A stretch of DNA of 35,231 nucleotides from a virus (taxonomy: Duplodnaviria; Caudoviricetes), in IMG/VR virus record IMGVR_UViG_3300027798_002719, positions 1-35,231 of that record. The stretch is one strand, 5' to 3'. The notes under the pieces are model-generated. The model was not told the origin of the DNA, searched no databases, and was given only the letters and a program-made list of their open reading frames with translations. The translations under genes were made by a program, and so were the position numbers. Within the stretch, counting starts at the first letter, position 1; every line of letters begins with the position of its first letter. Below are positions 34,393-35,231 of the stretch, piece by piece.

Positions 34393-34968
34393 ATGAATTT
34401 AGTTTATATACACGGGGCTAATGCCACAAGCGAGAGCTTTAATTATATTAAGAGTAAACTGGGCAATGGCTTAGATCTTAACTATGACAGTCGAAATGGG
34501 TTTGAAAATAACCTAAAAGACATGCTGTCTACATTGCAGGATCATAAGGATCTAGTGTTTGTTGCTCACAGTCTAGGCGGGATTTATAGTTTACATTTAG
34601 CTAACTCAATGCCCGAAAGTGTTAAAGGTGCTGTGACACTGAGCACTCCATATGGTGGTGCTGAAGTAGCGGACTATGCCCAATACTTCTTACCATTCAG
34701 TAGGCTCATGCGTGACATTGGTCCTAGTAGTTGGGTAATGAAGCAGGCTAAACGTATTAAGATACAGCATCCTTGGACTAACATAGTAACAGTCAAAGGT
34801 CAAAGTCCTTTTATGCATGAGGCTAATGACGGTGTAGTAACCATTGCTAGTCAGAAACATCATGAGGACATGGAATTAGTAGAAGTAGATTGTAACCACT
34901 ATGAGGTTGTGCTCAGTGACGTAGTGGTTAAACTTATCGAGGAACGAGTAAACAAGTTCAAGAAATAA
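34393..34968 (+). CDS. alpha/beta hydrolase (esterase/lipase-like)
   Basis: YIHGA oxyanion loop, AHSLGG nucleophile, NDGVV, NHYEV. Confidence 0.88.
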   Translation: MNLVYIHGANATSESFNYIKSKLGNGLDLNYDSRNGFENNLKDMLSTLQDHKDLVFVAHSLGGIYSLHLANSMPESVKGAVTLSTPYGGAEVADYAQYFLPFSRLMRDIGPSSWVMKQAKRIKIQHPWTNIVTVKGQSPFMHEANDGVVTIASQKHHEDMELVEVDCNHYEVVLSDVVVKLIEERVNKFKK

Positions 34969-34969
34969 G

Positions 34970-34998
34970 TTGCTTTTTTATCACAGAGCATATATAAT
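34970..34998 (+). promoter_or_regulatory. sigma70-like promoter
   Basis: TTGCTT-17 nt-TATAAT. Confidence 0.6.
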
Positions 34999-35055
34999 AG
35001 TACATAGAGAAACACAAGTATCTATGTAAACAGACATTACACACAGGAGATTATT

Positions 35056-35231
35056 ATGTCACAATTCGAAACACCAAAACTACCAGAAGTTAAATTCAGC
35101 AAGAACGGTTACGAGATCCGCACAGACGTGCTGTCCATGGCTAAAGACGCTGTTATGGAAGAATACCACTCAAAGTTCCGCGGTTGGGAAATGTCAGTGG
35201 CCAAAGATGAAAAGACTGGTCAAGTTGTTAC
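35056..35231 (+). CDS. hypothetical protein, truncated by the window end (MSQFETPKLPEVKFSKNGYEIRTDVLSMAKD...)
   Basis: AGGAG RBS; open to the end of the window. Confidence 0.75.
   Translation, partial: MSQFETPKLPEVKFSKNGYEIRTDVLSMAKDAVMEEYHSKFRGWEMSVAKDEKTGQVV

Noticed and set aside
1-35231. Bacterial chromosome origin, suggested by dnaK, iscU/iscA, cspA and nrdAB
   Set aside because: These genes lack their usual operon partners (dnaJ/grpE, iscRS/hscAB) and are mixed with PAAR, spike and T4-like genes under TAAATA promoters.
1-35231. Alternative genetic code (stop-codon reassignment)
   Set aside because: Conserved genes are full length in code 11, and TAA, TAG and TGA all occur as gene ends.

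Overview
A dense, AT-rich segment of a large T4-like (jumbo/'huge') bacteriophage genome using the standard genetic code. Its host-like genes (cspA, iscU/iscA, dnaK, a DUF3563-like ORF) suggest an aquatic proteobacterial, probably betaproteobacterial, host; this is inference. The window carries: (i) host-takeover genes: the 3' piece of a probably permuted tmRNA, cspA, bS21, dnaK, hsp20, clpS, iscU/iscA and a histone-H1-like protein; (ii) a heme oxygenase plus PcyX/PcyA-type bilin reductase pair; (iii) a membrane-lipid module (LpxH-like hydrolase, GT4 glycosyltransferase, fatty acid desaturase); (iv) nrdA-aldolase-nrdB-glutaredoxin; (v) virion genes (PAAR-like, beta-helix spike, SleB hydrolase, probable internal head proteins). 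The most interesting signals are in RNA and recoding. The identical slippery sequence ATTCAAAAAAAAAG ends two unrelated genes, and in both a -1 shift reads without a stop into the next ORF. ROSE-like thermometers precede both hsp20 and dnaK. Several unnamed structured RNAs are present, and many late genes appear leaderless behind TAAATA promoters. All family assignments come from motif recognition by eye, not from database searches.
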